Assembly (NCBI RefSeq): GCF_000018105.1
Contig: NC_009925.1
Span: forward strand, 2,100,001 to 2,132,000
DNA: 32,000 nt
Direction: 5' to 3'
From: Acaryochloris marina MBIC11017
Lineage (GTDB): Bacteria; Cyanobacteriota; Cyanobacteriia; Thermosynechococcales; Thermosynechococcaceae
The notes under the pieces were generated by a model that was given only the letters and a program-made list of their open reading frames with translations, made no database searches and was not told the origin of the DNA. This document shows positions 9,245-18,983 of this stretch, one piece after another. Each line of letters starts with the position of its first letter. The first letter of the stretch is position 1. Made by a program: the position numbers and the translations under genes.

Positions 9245-9367
9245 CTAGCGTCGTACAATCTTATCTTTTTGGCTAAAGAAGATGAATCCACCGCCGAGTA
9301 GACCCAACACGATGGCTCCAAAAAGAATGCTATAAAAGAAACCCTGTAAAGAGGGGGTAATTGTCAT
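9245..9367 (-). CDS. psbX: Photosystem II reaction-centre protein X
   Basis: Below the 60-aa cutoff of the ORF track. Hand translation gives MTITPSLQGFFYSILFGAIVLGLLGGGFIFFSQKDKIVRR*. 'TPSL', a single TM helix and 'FISQKDK'-type ending are the PsbX signature. Alternative upstream in-frame ATGs lie at 9373 and 9382. Confidence 0.85.
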   Translation of the reverse strand: MTITPSLQGFFYSILFGAIVLGLLGGGFIFFSQKDKIVRR

Positions 9368-9637
9368 TAACATGGAAGTCATATTTTTTTGATATTACGA
9401 CAGCATCTCTAATCTTAAAGGTTTGTAAGGATATTGAGAAGTCTTCCTTAACGGCAACTTAGTCATAGCCCCCATACCACCCCTGTATTCACATCACTTT
9501 TTTGCGCCTTGCCAGCCCCATAGTGAGCTGCCCTTCTCTCCAGCTCAAGTCAGCTTCAAACAACTGCTGCTGCTATGCCAACCCTAGACAACGCGCTACA
9601 CTGAAACATATCAGGGTACTGGGTTGGACACCATTTT

Positions 9638-9922
9638 ATGACCATAGAGACACTACTTATTTGGGGCCTCAGCTTTTGCCTAGGGCTGTTTATCTTTCTC
9701 TTTATTTTCAGGATTATCCTCACTTGGTATCCCCAAGTGGATCTCAATCAGATGCCGATTGCCCTGGCGACCTGGCCAACGGAACCCTTTTTGATCCCCA
9801 CCCGTAAACTGATTCCACCGATGGGAGGGGTCGATATCACACCTATTATTTGGGTCGGTATCACGAGTCTGCTACGGGAGGTCCTCCTCGGGCAGCAAGG
9901 TCTACTGAGAATGTTGTTCTAG
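9638..9922 (+). CDS. ycf19: YggT/Ycf19-family membrane protein
   Basis: 94-aa ORF. 'FRIILTWYPQVDLN...P...LTEPFL.P.R..IPP.GG+D+SP' is the YGGT repeat signature. Confidence 0.85.
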   Translation: MTIETLLIWGLSFCLGLFIFLFIFRIILTWYPQVDLNQMPIALATWPTEPFLIPTRKLIPPMGGVDITPIIWVGITSLLREVLLGQQGLLRMLF

Positions 9923-10004
9923 GCTGCTTTTGTCCATCTCACCTTATTGAGGTGGAAAGTCAGAGTCGATGTAAGCAATCCGCCTAGCAGCCCCATCAAG
10001 ACCA

Positions 10005-11354
10005 TCATTGCAATCCCATCACTTCTTGAATGAAATTGGTATAAACCTTACCTTGAACAAATTCTGGAGTGTCTAGAATTTTTTGGTGGAAGCCAATGGT
10101 GGTGGGCAACCCGGTAATTGCACATTCTTGCAGGGCGCGTTTCATGCGTGCGATCGCAGTCGGTCGATCTCGTCCCCAAACAATGAGTTTACCAATCAGC
10201 GAATCATAATAAGGGGGAATCTCATAATCCGTATAAACATGAGAATCAACCCGCACCCCAGGCCCACCAGGGGGTAGATAGCCATTGATACGTCCTGGGT
10301 GGGGGCGGAAATTATGGTCGGGATCTTCGGCATTGATGCGGCACTCGATGGCATGCCCCGTTAGCTTGACTTGATCTTGGGTCACACTGAGTTTTTCACC
10401 CTGGGCAATGCGGATCTGCTCCGCAATCAAATCTAAGCCCGTTGTTACTTCCGTCACCGGATGTTCCACCTGGATGCGGGTATTCATCTCCATAAAATAG
10501 AACTCCCCTGTCGAAGACAGGAGAAACTCAACGGTGCCGGCACCGACATAGCCAATCGATTGAGCTGCCCGGACAGCGGCGGAACCCATTTTTTCTCTTA
10601 GCTCTGGGCTTAGGGCTGGACTGGGCGATTCTTCCAGTAACTTTTGGTGCCGTCGCTGAATCGAGCAATCCCGCTCGCCCAAATGAACCACATTGCCATA
10701 GCTATCTGCAAAAATCTGAAATTCAATATGACGAGGGTTTTCGATAAATTTTTCAATATAGACCCCAGGATTACCAAACGCAGCCTCTGCTTCGCCCTGG
10801 GCCGCTAAATAGAGCTTGCCTAAGTTTTCAGGTTCCCGCACTAAGCGCATCCCTCGACCACCGCCCCCGGCCGTGGCTTTAACCATAACGGGATAGCCCA
10901 TATCATCCGCAATTTTTTTAGCCGTCGCTTCATCCGGTACCAGGCCATCGCTTCCTGGGACAGTAGGAACCCCAGCCTTTTGCATCGTTTCTTTGGCCGT
11001 AGACTTGTCTCCCATCGCCCTCATGGCTTCGGGTGTGGGACCAATAAAGTGAATCTTATGATCAGCACAGATCTCGGCAAAGCGGGCATTTTCGGCCAGG
11101 AAACCATATCCCGGATGAATGGCCGTCGCATTCCGCGTTAAGGCAGCCGAAATAATATTGGGAATATTGAGGTAGCTCTTACTGCTGGCGGGTTCCCCAA
11201 TGCAGACCGCTTCATCTGCCAACTGCACATTGAGAGATTGCTGATCCACAGTGGAATGAACGGCAACAGTGGAAATTCCCATCTCTCCACAGGTGCGGAG
11301 TATCCTCAAGGCAATCTCGCCCCGATTCGCAATTAAAATCTTAGAAAAACGCAT
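10005..11354 (-). CDS. accC: Acetyl-CoA carboxylase biotin carboxylase subunit
   Basis: 449-aa ORF starting '[16 protein letters not shown]'. ATP-grasp motifs 'GGGGRGMR' and '[14 protein letters not shown]' are present. Confidence 0.97.
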   Translation of the reverse strand: MRFSKILIANRGEIALRILRTCGEMGISTVAVHSTVDQQSLNVQLADEAVCIGEPASSKSYLNIPNIISAALTRNATAIHPGYGFLAENARFAEICADHKIHFIGPTPEAMRAMGDKSTAKETMQKAGVPTVPGSDGLVPDEATAKKIADDMGYPVMVKATAGGGGRGMRLVREPENLGKLYLAAQGEAEAAFGNPGVYIEKFIENPRHIEFQIFADSYGNVVHLGERDCSIQRRHQKLLEESPSPALSPELREKMGSAAVRAAQSIGYVGAGTVEFLLSSTGEFYFMEMNTRIQVEHPVTEVTTGLDLIAEQIRIAQGEKLSVTQDQVKLTGHAIECRINAEDPDHNFRPHPGRINGYLPPGGPGVRVDSHVYTDYEIPPYYDSLIGKLIVWGRDRPTAIARMKRALQECAITGLPTTIGFHQKILDTPEFVQGKVYTNFIQEVMGLQ

Positions 11355-11630
11355 GTTTTAACAGGAGCGTAACGCTCAATAACCTTCTCGCAATGACCCA
11401 GGACGAACCTGCTACACGCCCCAAGTCTGAACCCCCAAGGAGCTGCGTGAAGCGAAATTCAACCACACATTCGTCCAGTAGCGGTAAGCAGTGTCAAAAG
11501 TAAAATCCAGAGCTATCGTATCATGCAGATGCAGCCAAGATTCCTCTTGTCATTTTGGGAGTGAAGGCAGGGCAAATACACGAGGATAGCTCTTTCCTAC
11601 CTCAGCTATCAGCGTTCATTTAAGCCGCTG

Positions 11631-13577
11631 CTATTCTTCAGCCGTGGGATCAAGGATGACTGGTCGAGAGAGTTCTGCATCGGGATCCGGGGCATAGGTT
11701 TCAGCCGGTGGCGGTGCGGCTGGTGGAGCTTGCTGCTGAACGGGAACGGGTTCCGGTTCATATCGAGGTTCGGGCTCATAGCGGGGTTCAGGCTCGTACC
11801 GAGGCTCTTCTCGTCGCCGTCGAGACGCATAAATTGCATCCCGTTCAGCGGCCCAAGCAGCAATCTTATCCTGCGCCTCGTAATAGAGGGCTCGACCGTA
11901 CCCAATCTGGGAGGCCGTTGCGATCGCATCGGACAAACGCCCATTTCGCGCTAGGGCATTGGCTTCGCTAAGAATGGGGCGGTCTTCCACGGATTGAATT
12001 TCAGCAACCCAGGTATAGATATCGTCTTGGGCTTCTCGATGGAGGGACCGTCCCGATTCGATTTGTTCAGCGGTTTTAATGGCATCATTTAACTTGCCCG
12101 CTTTAGCTAATTTTCGGGCTTCATCCAGAATGGGTTGATCTTCCACCTTTTCAATGGAGCCTTCCCATTCCTGCATCAGGGTTTGGGCTTCATCCCGTAA
12201 CGGATTGCCAAACTCTACTTTCCGTGCCTCTACAATGGCCGCTTGGAACCCTGCCGTCGTATTTTGCGTGGCAAATTGACGAGCCCGAGCCAAAACCTGA
12301 CGATCTTGGAAGGTATTGATCTGTTGATTCCATTGGGCAATCAAGGTTTGGGCCTGAATTCGACCCGGCTTCTCTGTACCAATCAGGGCCGCATGATCCA
12401 TGGCCAACTGATAGGTATGAACGTTATCAATATTGGCGAAGAATTTCGCCAAATGGAGCTGGCCAGTATTTTGAATTTTTTGCTCCCAGGCTTCGACGCG
12501 ATCGCGATTTTTTTCAAACAAGTCACTCTTGCGATCAATCTGCTCCGCTAAGGTCCAAGCATGGATATAGCTGTAGAAGTCATCCTCCTCCACTGTTGCT
12601 TCAGCCCGGCTGAGCTGCACTAATGTCGTTGCGTTCTTAGCCGCTTTAGTATTAGGTGGAATCCGTTGAGCAGCCGCAATGGCTTCTTTGAACTGGCCAT
12701 ACTCTTGGTGCTCTTCTGACAAGTCCAGAAGCTTCTGACTCCACTTTTCAATATTTTTTTGGACTTCTTCTTTAGCAAGGCGCTTGGGATCAATTTTGCT
12801 AGCCAGCTGAATCGCTTCCGACAAGTCTTTAGCGCGACCATAGGCAGCGATATCTTGCGCTTTATAGAGATCTTGAAAGGCTTTTTTCTCAATCGCCATA
12901 TCCCCCAAGATCTTATCGGCTTGATCGGACCAATAGCCATCTCCCAGCTGGACTAGAGACCGAACCTGTAGAGCCGCCTGGGTCCAATCCTGCTTCTTAA
13001 TAGCTGTTCGAGCATTCTCCAGGGATTCTTCTCCCGCTTCCCAATTCGCTTCCCAGCGTTTGATCAGGCGTTTGGACTCAGGTTGAATGCTACTTGCCTC
13101 TGGCACTTCTTTCGCCAGACTAATGGCTTCTTTGAGATTACCTTTGGAGATTTCTCGCCGCGCCAACCCTAAAATCGAACGAGACCATTCGTCTGATAGA
13201 AGAGATACCCGGGGATAGAGGGGATGTTCCTCATCCCATTTATCCGCAATAGCTAGGGCCGCTTTAATATCTTTAACCGTCCCTTTGCGAGCAAGCTTGT
13301 CAGCACACTCCAGCTGTTCTGCTTCAGAGAGGGTCGCAGCAATCTGTTTGCAGTTAGGGGTTGGTGGCAAACTGGACAACCATTGCATGGCAGTCATGCC
13401 GGTCACCCAGGACACAATAATGGTGATCAACCAGGGCCACCCTCTAAAGGTCACAATCTTACCGAAGACGTTTTGGATCTTCTGAACTTTGGGGTTTTGT
13501 CCAGGGTCAGGCAGCTCAGATCCTTGTCCAGGTTCTAGAGCGGGAGGGTTACTGTCGGCAGGTTGGTTACTCGTCAT
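11631..13577 (-). CDS. Hypothetical membrane-anchored helical-repeat protein with a proline-rich C-terminus
   Basis: 648-aa ORF. Pro/Gln-rich N-terminus, one TM helix (WPWLITIIVSWVTGMTAMQWL), then a long helical region. That region repeats a '[G/K]xLx[E/D]AIxxAxxI' motif at least 6 times and has about 3.5 clear ~52-aa repeats near the C-terminus. It ends with (PRYEPE)x3 and a P/A/Q-rich tail. I do not recognise a named family. Confidence 0.8.
   Translation of the reverse strand: MTSNQPADSNPPALEPGQGSELPDPGQNPKVQKIQNVFGKIVTFRGWPWLITIIVSWVTGMTAMQWLSSLPPTPNCKQIAATLSEAEQLECADKLARKGTVKDIKAALAIADKWDEEHPLYPRVSLLSDEWSRSILGLARREISKGNLKEAISLAKEVPEASSIQPESKRLIKRWEANWEAGEESLENARTAIKKQDWTQAALQVRSLVQLGDGYWSDQADKILGDMAIEKKAFQDLYKAQDIAAYGRAKDLSEAIQLASKIDPKRLAKEEVQKNIEKWSQKLLDLSEEHQEYGQFKEAIAAAQRIPPNTKAAKNATTLVQLSRAEATVEEDDFYSYIHAWTLAEQIDRKSDLFEKNRDRVEAWEQKIQNTGQLHLAKFFANIDNVHTYQLAMDHAALIGTEKPGRIQAQTLIAQWNQQINTFQDRQVLARARQFATQNTTAGFQAAIVEARKVEFGNPLRDEAQTLMQEWEGSIEKVEDQPILDEARKLAKAGKLNDAIKTAEQIESGRSLHREAQDDIYTWVAEIQSVEDRPILSEANALARNGRLSDAIATASQIGYGRALYYEAQDKIAAWAAERDAIYASRRRREEPRYEPEPRYEPEPRYEPEPVPVQQQAPPAAPPPAETYAPDPDAELSRPVILDPTAEE
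11751..11804 (-). repeat. Three tandem 18-nt units encoding PRYEPE x3
   Basis: Units in coding sense: CCTCGGTACGAGCCTGAA / CCCCGCTATGAGCCCGAA / CCTCGATATGAACCGGAA. Every difference is a synonymous third-position change. Confidence 0.9.
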
Positions 13578-13727
13578 ATCCTAAGGATTAAAGCAGAAAA
13601 TCACACAAAGACTGGCTCAGTATTATTCACACATCATTTGATGTATCCCGCACATCCTCTACAAAGAGGTCTGGCGGAAACAAGCCTCATGTAGATAATA
13701 GGCTAGAAAACTGAGAATTGACAGTTC

Positions 13728-13815
13728 ATCAAAAATAGCCCATCTTTCCAAGGATTAATAATGGCTGCGGGTAACACTTAGGTGATCCAGCGTTTTCCTT
13801 GGAAAGATGGGCTAT
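13728..13815 (-). terminator. Long hairpin plus U-run downstream of rplT (probable rpmI-rplT terminator)
   Basis: Perfect 20-bp arms at 13735-13754 (ATAGCCCATCTTTCCAAGGA) and 13796-13815 (its reverse complement), with a 41-nt loop. On the minus strand the stem is followed by TTTT(T)GATG. It lies 52 nt after the rplT stop. Confidence 0.6.
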
Positions 13816-13867
13816 AAATATGGGTTGATGCTGTGAGGACCAAGTCGATCGCTCTAAGGACGAAGCG

Positions 13868-14218
13868 TTAGGCTTTGCCAGCCAGTTCAACGATTTTGCT
13901 AAAACTGTCTGGATCCGTCGCAGCAAGCTGGGCTAGCATTTTGCGGTTGAGCTGAATATCAGCCCGCTTGAGCTGTCCCATAAATTTGCTGTAGCTGACG
14001 CCATGTTGACGAGTTGCAGCATTGATACGGGCAATCCACAGACGACGAAAATCTCTTTTACGCTTGCGGCGATCACGATAGGCGTTACGTAAGGCCTTCA
14101 TCACCTGCTGATTCGCAATTCTAAACAGGCGAGAATGGGAGCCTCGGTAGCCTTTGGCAAGCTTTAATATCTTTTTGCGGCGCTTACGAGCGACGTTACC
14201 GCGTTTAACGCGAGTCAT
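13868..14218 (-). CDS. rplT: 50S ribosomal protein L20
   Basis: 116-aa ORF '[26 protein letters not shown]...', the canonical L20 N-terminus. Confidence 0.97.
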   Translation of the reverse strand: MTRVKRGNVARKRRKKILKLAKGYRGSHSRLFRIANQQVMKALRNAYRDRRKRKRDFRRLWIARINAATRQHGVSYSKFMGQLKRADIQLNRKMLAQLAATDPDSFSKIVELAGKA

Positions 14219-14301
14219 GGTCTTGGTCCTTGTTGATGATTTTTTAGGTAGGGAAAACTATTGAATAGGTATAAAGTCAAAGCCTGGCTCGGTTTTTGTC
14301 C

Positions 14302-14499
14302 CTAAGAGTAAGGCATCATGGCTCTAACGTTTTCTGCGTCTTGCTCGCTTACCACACATTTCTTAGAGAGGCGGCTCTTACGGTCGGGACCTTTATGCTC
14401 TAACAAGTGGTTCTTGTATGCCTTTCGACGCATAAATTTGCCACTTCCGCTTCGTTTAAAGCGTTTGGCAGCGGATCGTCGGGTTTTTAGTTTGGGCAT
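14302..14499 (-). CDS. rpmI: 50S ribosomal protein L35
   Basis: Internal ATG at 14499 of the 99-aa track ORF gives 65 aa: '[36 protein letters not shown]...', the canonical L35. The upstream 34 codons of the track ORF look non-coding. Confidence 0.95.
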   Translation of the reverse strand: MPKLKTRRSAAKRFKRSGSGKFMRRKAYKNHLLEHKGPDRKSRLSKKCVVSEQDAENVRAMMPYS

Positions 14500-14776
14500 T
14501 GTTCGTCTAGAATTGCAGCATCGACACAAACTAGCATCATAGTATATGTGACAACCGATTGCCAATAGCTGTTCAAACTGTCCGAACGGATAGTGTGTCA
14601 CCTGAGTTGGGTGGGCAGTCTGAGAGAAGAATCTTAAATTTGGGCCAAGGCTGCTGACTGACTGCAGGACGGCAATACCTATCCTTGAAGGGGGGAAGAC
14701 CGATCTTAGGCAATGTCCTCCCCTCTCTACAATGGCAGTAGGCGCTAGGCCTGCCAGAAGTTAATCCCCACTGTCC

Positions 14777-14782
14777 AGGAGG
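14777..14782 (+). promoter_or_regulatory. Shine-Dalgarno AGGAGG for clpB
   Basis: AGGAGG lies 10 nt upstream of the ATG at 14793. Confidence 0.5.
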
Positions 14783-14792
14783 TTCCCCATTC

Positions 14793-17420
14793 ATGCAACC
14801 CACCAATCATGACCAATTTACGGAAAAAGCTTGGGCTGCGATTGTACGAACCTCTGACTTGGCGAAAGAGGCCCAGCAACAGCAGATTGAGAGTGAACAT
14901 CTGCTGCAAGCCCTGGTTGAAGACGATGGTTTAGCAGGACAAATTTTTACTAAAGCCGGGACAGATGTGCAGCGCGTCCGCGATCGCACCACGGAATTTA
15001 TCAATCGGCAAGCGAAACTCACCACACCGAGTGAGTCAGTTTATCTAGGTCGCAGCCTAGACACCCTCTTTGATCGGGCCGAAAACTTCCGCCGCTCGCT
15101 TGGGGATGATTTTATTTCCATTGAGCACTTGGTCTTGGGCTATATCGAAGATGATCGCTTCGGCCAACCCCTCCTCCAAGGTCTGGGCATCACCGAGCAA
15201 ATGTTGAAGCAAGCTGTTACAGACATCCGGGGAAATCATAAAGTCACGGATAAGAATCCAGAAGGCAAGTATGAGTCCTTAGAGAAATATGGTCGTGACC
15301 TAACAGCGCTGGCTCGGGAAGGAAAGTTGGACCCGGTGATTGGCCGAGATGACGAGATCCGCAGAACGATTCAAATCCTCTCCCGACGCACGAAGAATAA
15401 CCCCGTCTTGATTGGGGAACCTGGGGTGGGTAAAACAGCCATTGCCGAAGGGTTAGCCCAGCGAATTGTGGCCCGAGATGTCCCGGAATCTTTGCGAGAT
15501 CGCAAACTGATTGCCCTTGACATGGGATCCCTGATTGCCGGGGCCAAATATCGGGGAGAATTCGAGGAACGACTCAAGTCTGTCCTTAAGGAAGTGACGG
15601 AGTCAGACGGGTTGATGATCTTATTTATTGATGAGATCCATACCGTCGTTGGCGCAGGGGCCAGTCAAGGTGCCATGGATGCGGGCAACTTGTTAAAGCC
15701 CATGCTGGCCCGAGGGGAATTGCGCTGTATTGGAGCCACCACCCTCGATGAATATCGCAAATATATTGAAAAAGATGCGGCCCTAGAGCGACGCTTTCAG
15801 CAGGTCTATATTGATCAACCCAATATTCAAGACACCGTCTCAATTTTGCGGGGTCTAAAAGAACGGTATGAGGTCCATCACGGGGTCAAGATTTCTGATA
15901 ACGCCCTGGTTGCCGCCGCCACTCTTTCTACCCGCTACATCAGCGACCGCTTTTTACCTGACAAGGCTATTGACCTAATGGATGAAGCGGCAGCCAAGCT
16001 CAAAATGGAAATTACCTCTAAGCCGGAAGAGCTAGACGAAATTGATCGTAAAATCCTCCAGCTGGAAATGGAGCGTTTATCCCTTGAAAAGGAAAGCGAT
16101 CGCGCTTCTCTAGAACGCCTCGAACGAATCGAGCAGGAGATTGCCAACCTACAAGAAGATCAAAAGACCCTGAATGCCCAATGGCAGTCTGAGAAACAAA
16201 TTATTGATGATATCCAAACCATCAAAGAAGAAATTGATCGGGTCAATATTGAGATTCAGCAGGCTGAGCGCAACTATGATCTCAACCATGCAGCTGAACT
16301 GAAATATGGCAAACTCACTAATTTGCAGCGGCAGCTAGAATCGGCTGAAACTCAGCTAGCCCAGCGCCAAACCAATACCAACTCCCTTTTAAGAGAAGAG
16401 GTAACCGATGCTGATATTGCCGAAATCATCTCTAAATGGACGGGGATTCCCGTCAGTAAGCTGGTGGCGTCGGAAATGGAAAAGCTGCTGCACCTAGAAG
16501 ATGAGCTACATCAGCGAGTGATTGGCCAGGAAGAAGCAGTGACGGCCGTGTCTGATGCGATTCAGCGATCGCGTGCCGGTCTCGCAGATCCCAACCGCCC
16601 CATTGCCAGCTTTATCTTCTTAGGTCCAACGGGTGTGGGCAAAACAGAACTAGGCAAAGCTTTAGCCGCCTACCTATTTGATACCGAAGATGCCATGGTC
16701 CGTATCGACATGTCGGAATATATGGAGAAGCATACGGTGGCCCGGATGATTGGGGCCCCTCCCGGCTATGTCGGCTATGACGAAGGGGGGCAACTGACTG
16801 AAGCCGTTCGTCGCCGTCCCTATGCGGTCATCCTCTTTGATGAAATTGAGAAGGCCCATCCCGATGTCTTCAATATCATGCTGCAAATTCTGGATGATGG
16901 CCGAGTCACGGATTCCCAAGGTCGCACTGTCGACTTTAAGAATGCGGTGATTATTATGACCAGTAATATTGGCTCCCAACATATTTTAGATTTGGCGGGA
17001 GATGACAGCCGCTACAGCGAAATGCAAAATCGGGTTATGGATGCCATGCGCTCCCACTTCCGACCTGAATTTCTGAACCGGATTGATGAGCTGATTATCT
17101 TCCGTAGTCTGCGTAAGGATCAGTTGCGCCGAATTACTCAACTCCAGGTTCAACGACTGGCGAAACGACTCAGCGATCGCAAGATGTCTCTCAAACTCTC
17201 AGAATCAGCGTTAGATTTCCTAGCAGAAGTTGGATACGACCCGGTCTATGGGGCCAGACCGCTGAAACGGGCCATTCAGCGGGAGCTAGAAACCCAAATT
17301 GCCAAGGCCATTTTGCGAGGTGACTTTGGTGAAGGAGACACCATTTTTGCGGATGTCGAGAATGAGCGGTTGATCTTTAAGCGCATGGGGGCAGAAGTCT
17401 TGACCACTTCGGGTTCATAG
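14793..17420 (+). CDS. clpB: ATP-dependent disaggregase ClpB
   Basis: 875-aa ORF. Clp N-domain, two AAA+ modules (Walker A 'GEPGVGKTA' and 'GPTGVGKTE') and a long coiled-coil M-domain between them. Confidence 0.97.
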   Translation: MQPTNHDQFTEKAWAAIVRTSDLAKEAQQQQIESEHLLQALVEDDGLAGQIFTKAGTDVQRVRDRTTEFINRQAKLTTPSESVYLGRSLDTLFDRAENFRRSLGDDFISIEHLVLGYIEDDRFGQPLLQGLGITEQMLKQAVTDIRGNHKVTDKNPEGKYESLEKYGRDLTALAREGKLDPVIGRDDEIRRTIQILSRRTKNNPVLIGEPGVGKTAIAEGLAQRIVARDVPESLRDRKLIALDMGSLIAGAKYRGEFEERLKSVLKEVTESDGLMILFIDEIHTVVGAGASQGAMDAGNLLKPMLARGELRCIGATTLDEYRKYIEKDAALERRFQQVYIDQPNIQDTVSILRGLKERYEVHHGVKISDNALVAAATLSTRYISDRFLPDKAIDLMDEAAAKLKMEITSKPEELDEIDRKILQLEMERLSLEKESDRASLERLERIEQEIANLQEDQKTLNAQWQSEKQIIDDIQTIKEEIDRVNIEIQQAERNYDLNHAAELKYGKLTNLQRQLESAETQLAQRQTNTNSLLREEVTDADIAEIISKWTGIPVSKLVASEMEKLLHLEDELHQRVIGQEEAVTAVSDAIQRSRAGLADPNRPIASFIFLGPTGVGKTELGKALAAYLFDTEDAMVRIDMSEYMEKHTVARMIGAPPGYVGYDEGGQLTEAVRRRPYAVILFDEIEKAHPDVFNIMLQILDDGRVTDSQGRTVDFKNAVIIMTSNIGSQHILDLAGDDSRYSEMQNRVMDAMRSHFRPEFLNRIDELIIFRSLRKDQLRRITQLQVQRLAKRLSDRKMSLKLSESALDFLAEVGYDPVYGARPLKRAIQRELETQIAKAILRGDFGEGDTIFADVENERLIFKRMGAEVLTTSGS

Positions 17421-17449
17421 CACTATTGACAACCTAGACCATAATCGAA

Positions 17450-17475
17450 CCCCCTAGAACTATCGTTCTAGGGGG
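17450..17475. terminator. Hairpin shared by convergent clpB (+) and ndhD (-)
   Basis: CCCCCTAGAAC-TATC-GTTCTAGGGGG, a perfect 11-bp GC-rich stem. Flanking U-runs are short on both strands (CTTTG on plus, TTCGATT on minus). Confidence 0.6.
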
Positions 17476-17510
17476 CTTTGAGTGAGGAGTTAATGCGAGG
17501 AGTGAAAAGA

Positions 17511-18983
17511 CTACATCAGGGTGCCGCCAATGCTAGCGAGCAGATCCTGCAGTGTCGGAATAAAGAAGCTAAGGAGATAGCGAGGATAAATTCCGATTCC
17601 TAGGGTGATAATCAGGAGCGGAACAACTGTGACCACCTCACGCATATTGATATCGGGCAAGCTTTCCCACTTGGGGTTGGCAGGTCCCAACAGTACCCGG
17701 CGCACCATAAACAGGAGATAACAGGCCGCTAAGAGAATGCCCATACAGGCAAACGCGGTATAGAGCTTGCTGTATTCATAGGACCCCAGTAAGACCAGAA
17801 ACTCACTGACAAAGCCGCTGAGGCCCGGTAGCCCCAAAGAGGCAAGGGAGAAGAATACCAAAAATCCTGAGTAAACTGGAAGTTGAGCATTCAGACCACC
17901 AAAGGCGTTCATATCGCGGGTATGAGCCCGGTCGTAAATGACGCCCACCAGTAAGAACAAGGCTCCAGTGATTACACCATGGCTAAACATCTGGAGCATG
18001 GCACCGTTAAAGCCATTGGTGGAGAAGGCTGCCAAGCCTAACAACACGAACCCCATGTGACTGATGCTAGAATAGGCCACCATCTTTTTGAAGTCTGTCT
18101 GGGCTAGGGCAATAAACCCACCATAGACAATGCCAATGGCCGCTAACACAGCAAGATAAGGCCGGAACCAGTTCGCTGCTTCAGGCAAAATCGGGAAGCT
18201 AAAGCGGAAAAATCCGTAAGTTCCCATTTTGAGCAACACACCCGCCAGAATCACGCTGATAGGAGTGGGGGCTTCCACGTGGGCATCGGGTAGCCATGTA
18301 TGGAAGGGGAAGGTGGGAACTTTGACTGCAAAGCCCACAAACAGAGCCAAAAAGACAATCTTTTGGAATCCAAAGCTAAAGTCTTGGGCCACTAGCTCCA
18401 TAATATTGAAGGTGTGGGGAGCGGAATTAAAGTACATCCCCAAAATGCCCACCAACATCAGCAAGCTACCGGCAAAGGTATACAGGAAGAATTTCATCGC
18501 TGCATACTCTTTCCTGGGGCCACCCCAAATCCCAATCAAGAAATACATGGGAACGAGAACGACTTCCCAAAAGACATAGAACAGAATCATGTCTAGGGCC
18601 AAGAAGGTGCCCATCATGCCTGTGACGAGAAACAGGTAGAGACAGTAGTATTCTTTTTCCCGTTTCTTGATGCTGAAAGAGCCAATACTGGCCAGGGTAG
18701 AAATCAAGGCGGTCAACACCACCATCGGGAAGCTAATCCCATCAGTTCCTAGCAAGTAATAAACATTGAGCTGAGGAATCCAGAGGGTCTTTTCGACCAG
18801 CTGAAAGCCAGTCTGATTCGGGTCAAATTGGAGGAATGCTGCAAATGTAAGCGCACTCACCACGACCATATTGGCCAAAGATATCCATTTGTAAAGGCTT
18901 TCTTGAGCCTTAGGGAGCAAAAGGATTATGACCGCCCCAACGAGCGGGGAAAATATTATCAAGGATAAAAGATGAGATGCCAT
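17511..18983 (-). CDS. ndhD: NAD(P)H-quinone oxidoreductase chain 4 (NuoM/NdhD family)
   Basis: 490-aa polytopic ORF with 'FPFHTWLPDAHVEAPTPISVILAGVLLKMGTYG' and 'AYSSISHMGFVLLG' proton-pumping subunit motifs. The subtype (D1-D6 or Mrp-like) cannot be assigned by eye. Confidence 0.9.
   Translation of the reverse strand: MASHLLSLIIFSPLVGAVIILLLPKAQESLYKWISLANMVVVSALTFAAFLQFDPNQTGFQLVEKTLWIPQLNVYYLLGTDGISFPMVVLTALISTLASIGSFSIKKREKEYYCLYLFLVTGMMGTFLALDMILFYVFWEVVLVPMYFLIGIWGGPRKEYAAMKFFLYTFAGSLLMLVGILGMYFNSAPHTFNIMELVAQDFSFGFQKIVFLALFVGFAVKVPTFPFHTWLPDAHVEAPTPISVILAGVLLKMGTYGFFRFSFPILPEAANWFRPYLAVLAAIGIVYGGFIALAQTDFKKMVAYSSISHMGFVLLGLAAFSTNGFNGAMLQMFSHGVITGALFLLVGVIYDRAHTRDMNAFGGLNAQLPVYSGFLVFFSLASLGLPGLSGFVSEFLVLLGSYEYSKLYTAFACMGILLAACYLLFMVRRVLLGPANPKWESLPDINMREVVTVVPLLIITLGIGIYPRYLLSFFIPTLQDLLASIGGTLM

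Noticed and set aside
9400-9440. HLR1-like direct repeat (CTTACAAA-CC-TTTAAGAT on the minus strand) upstream of psbX
   Set aside because: The second half-site matches the (G/T)TTACA(T/A)(T/A) consensus poorly. I cannot distinguish it from chance without comparative data.
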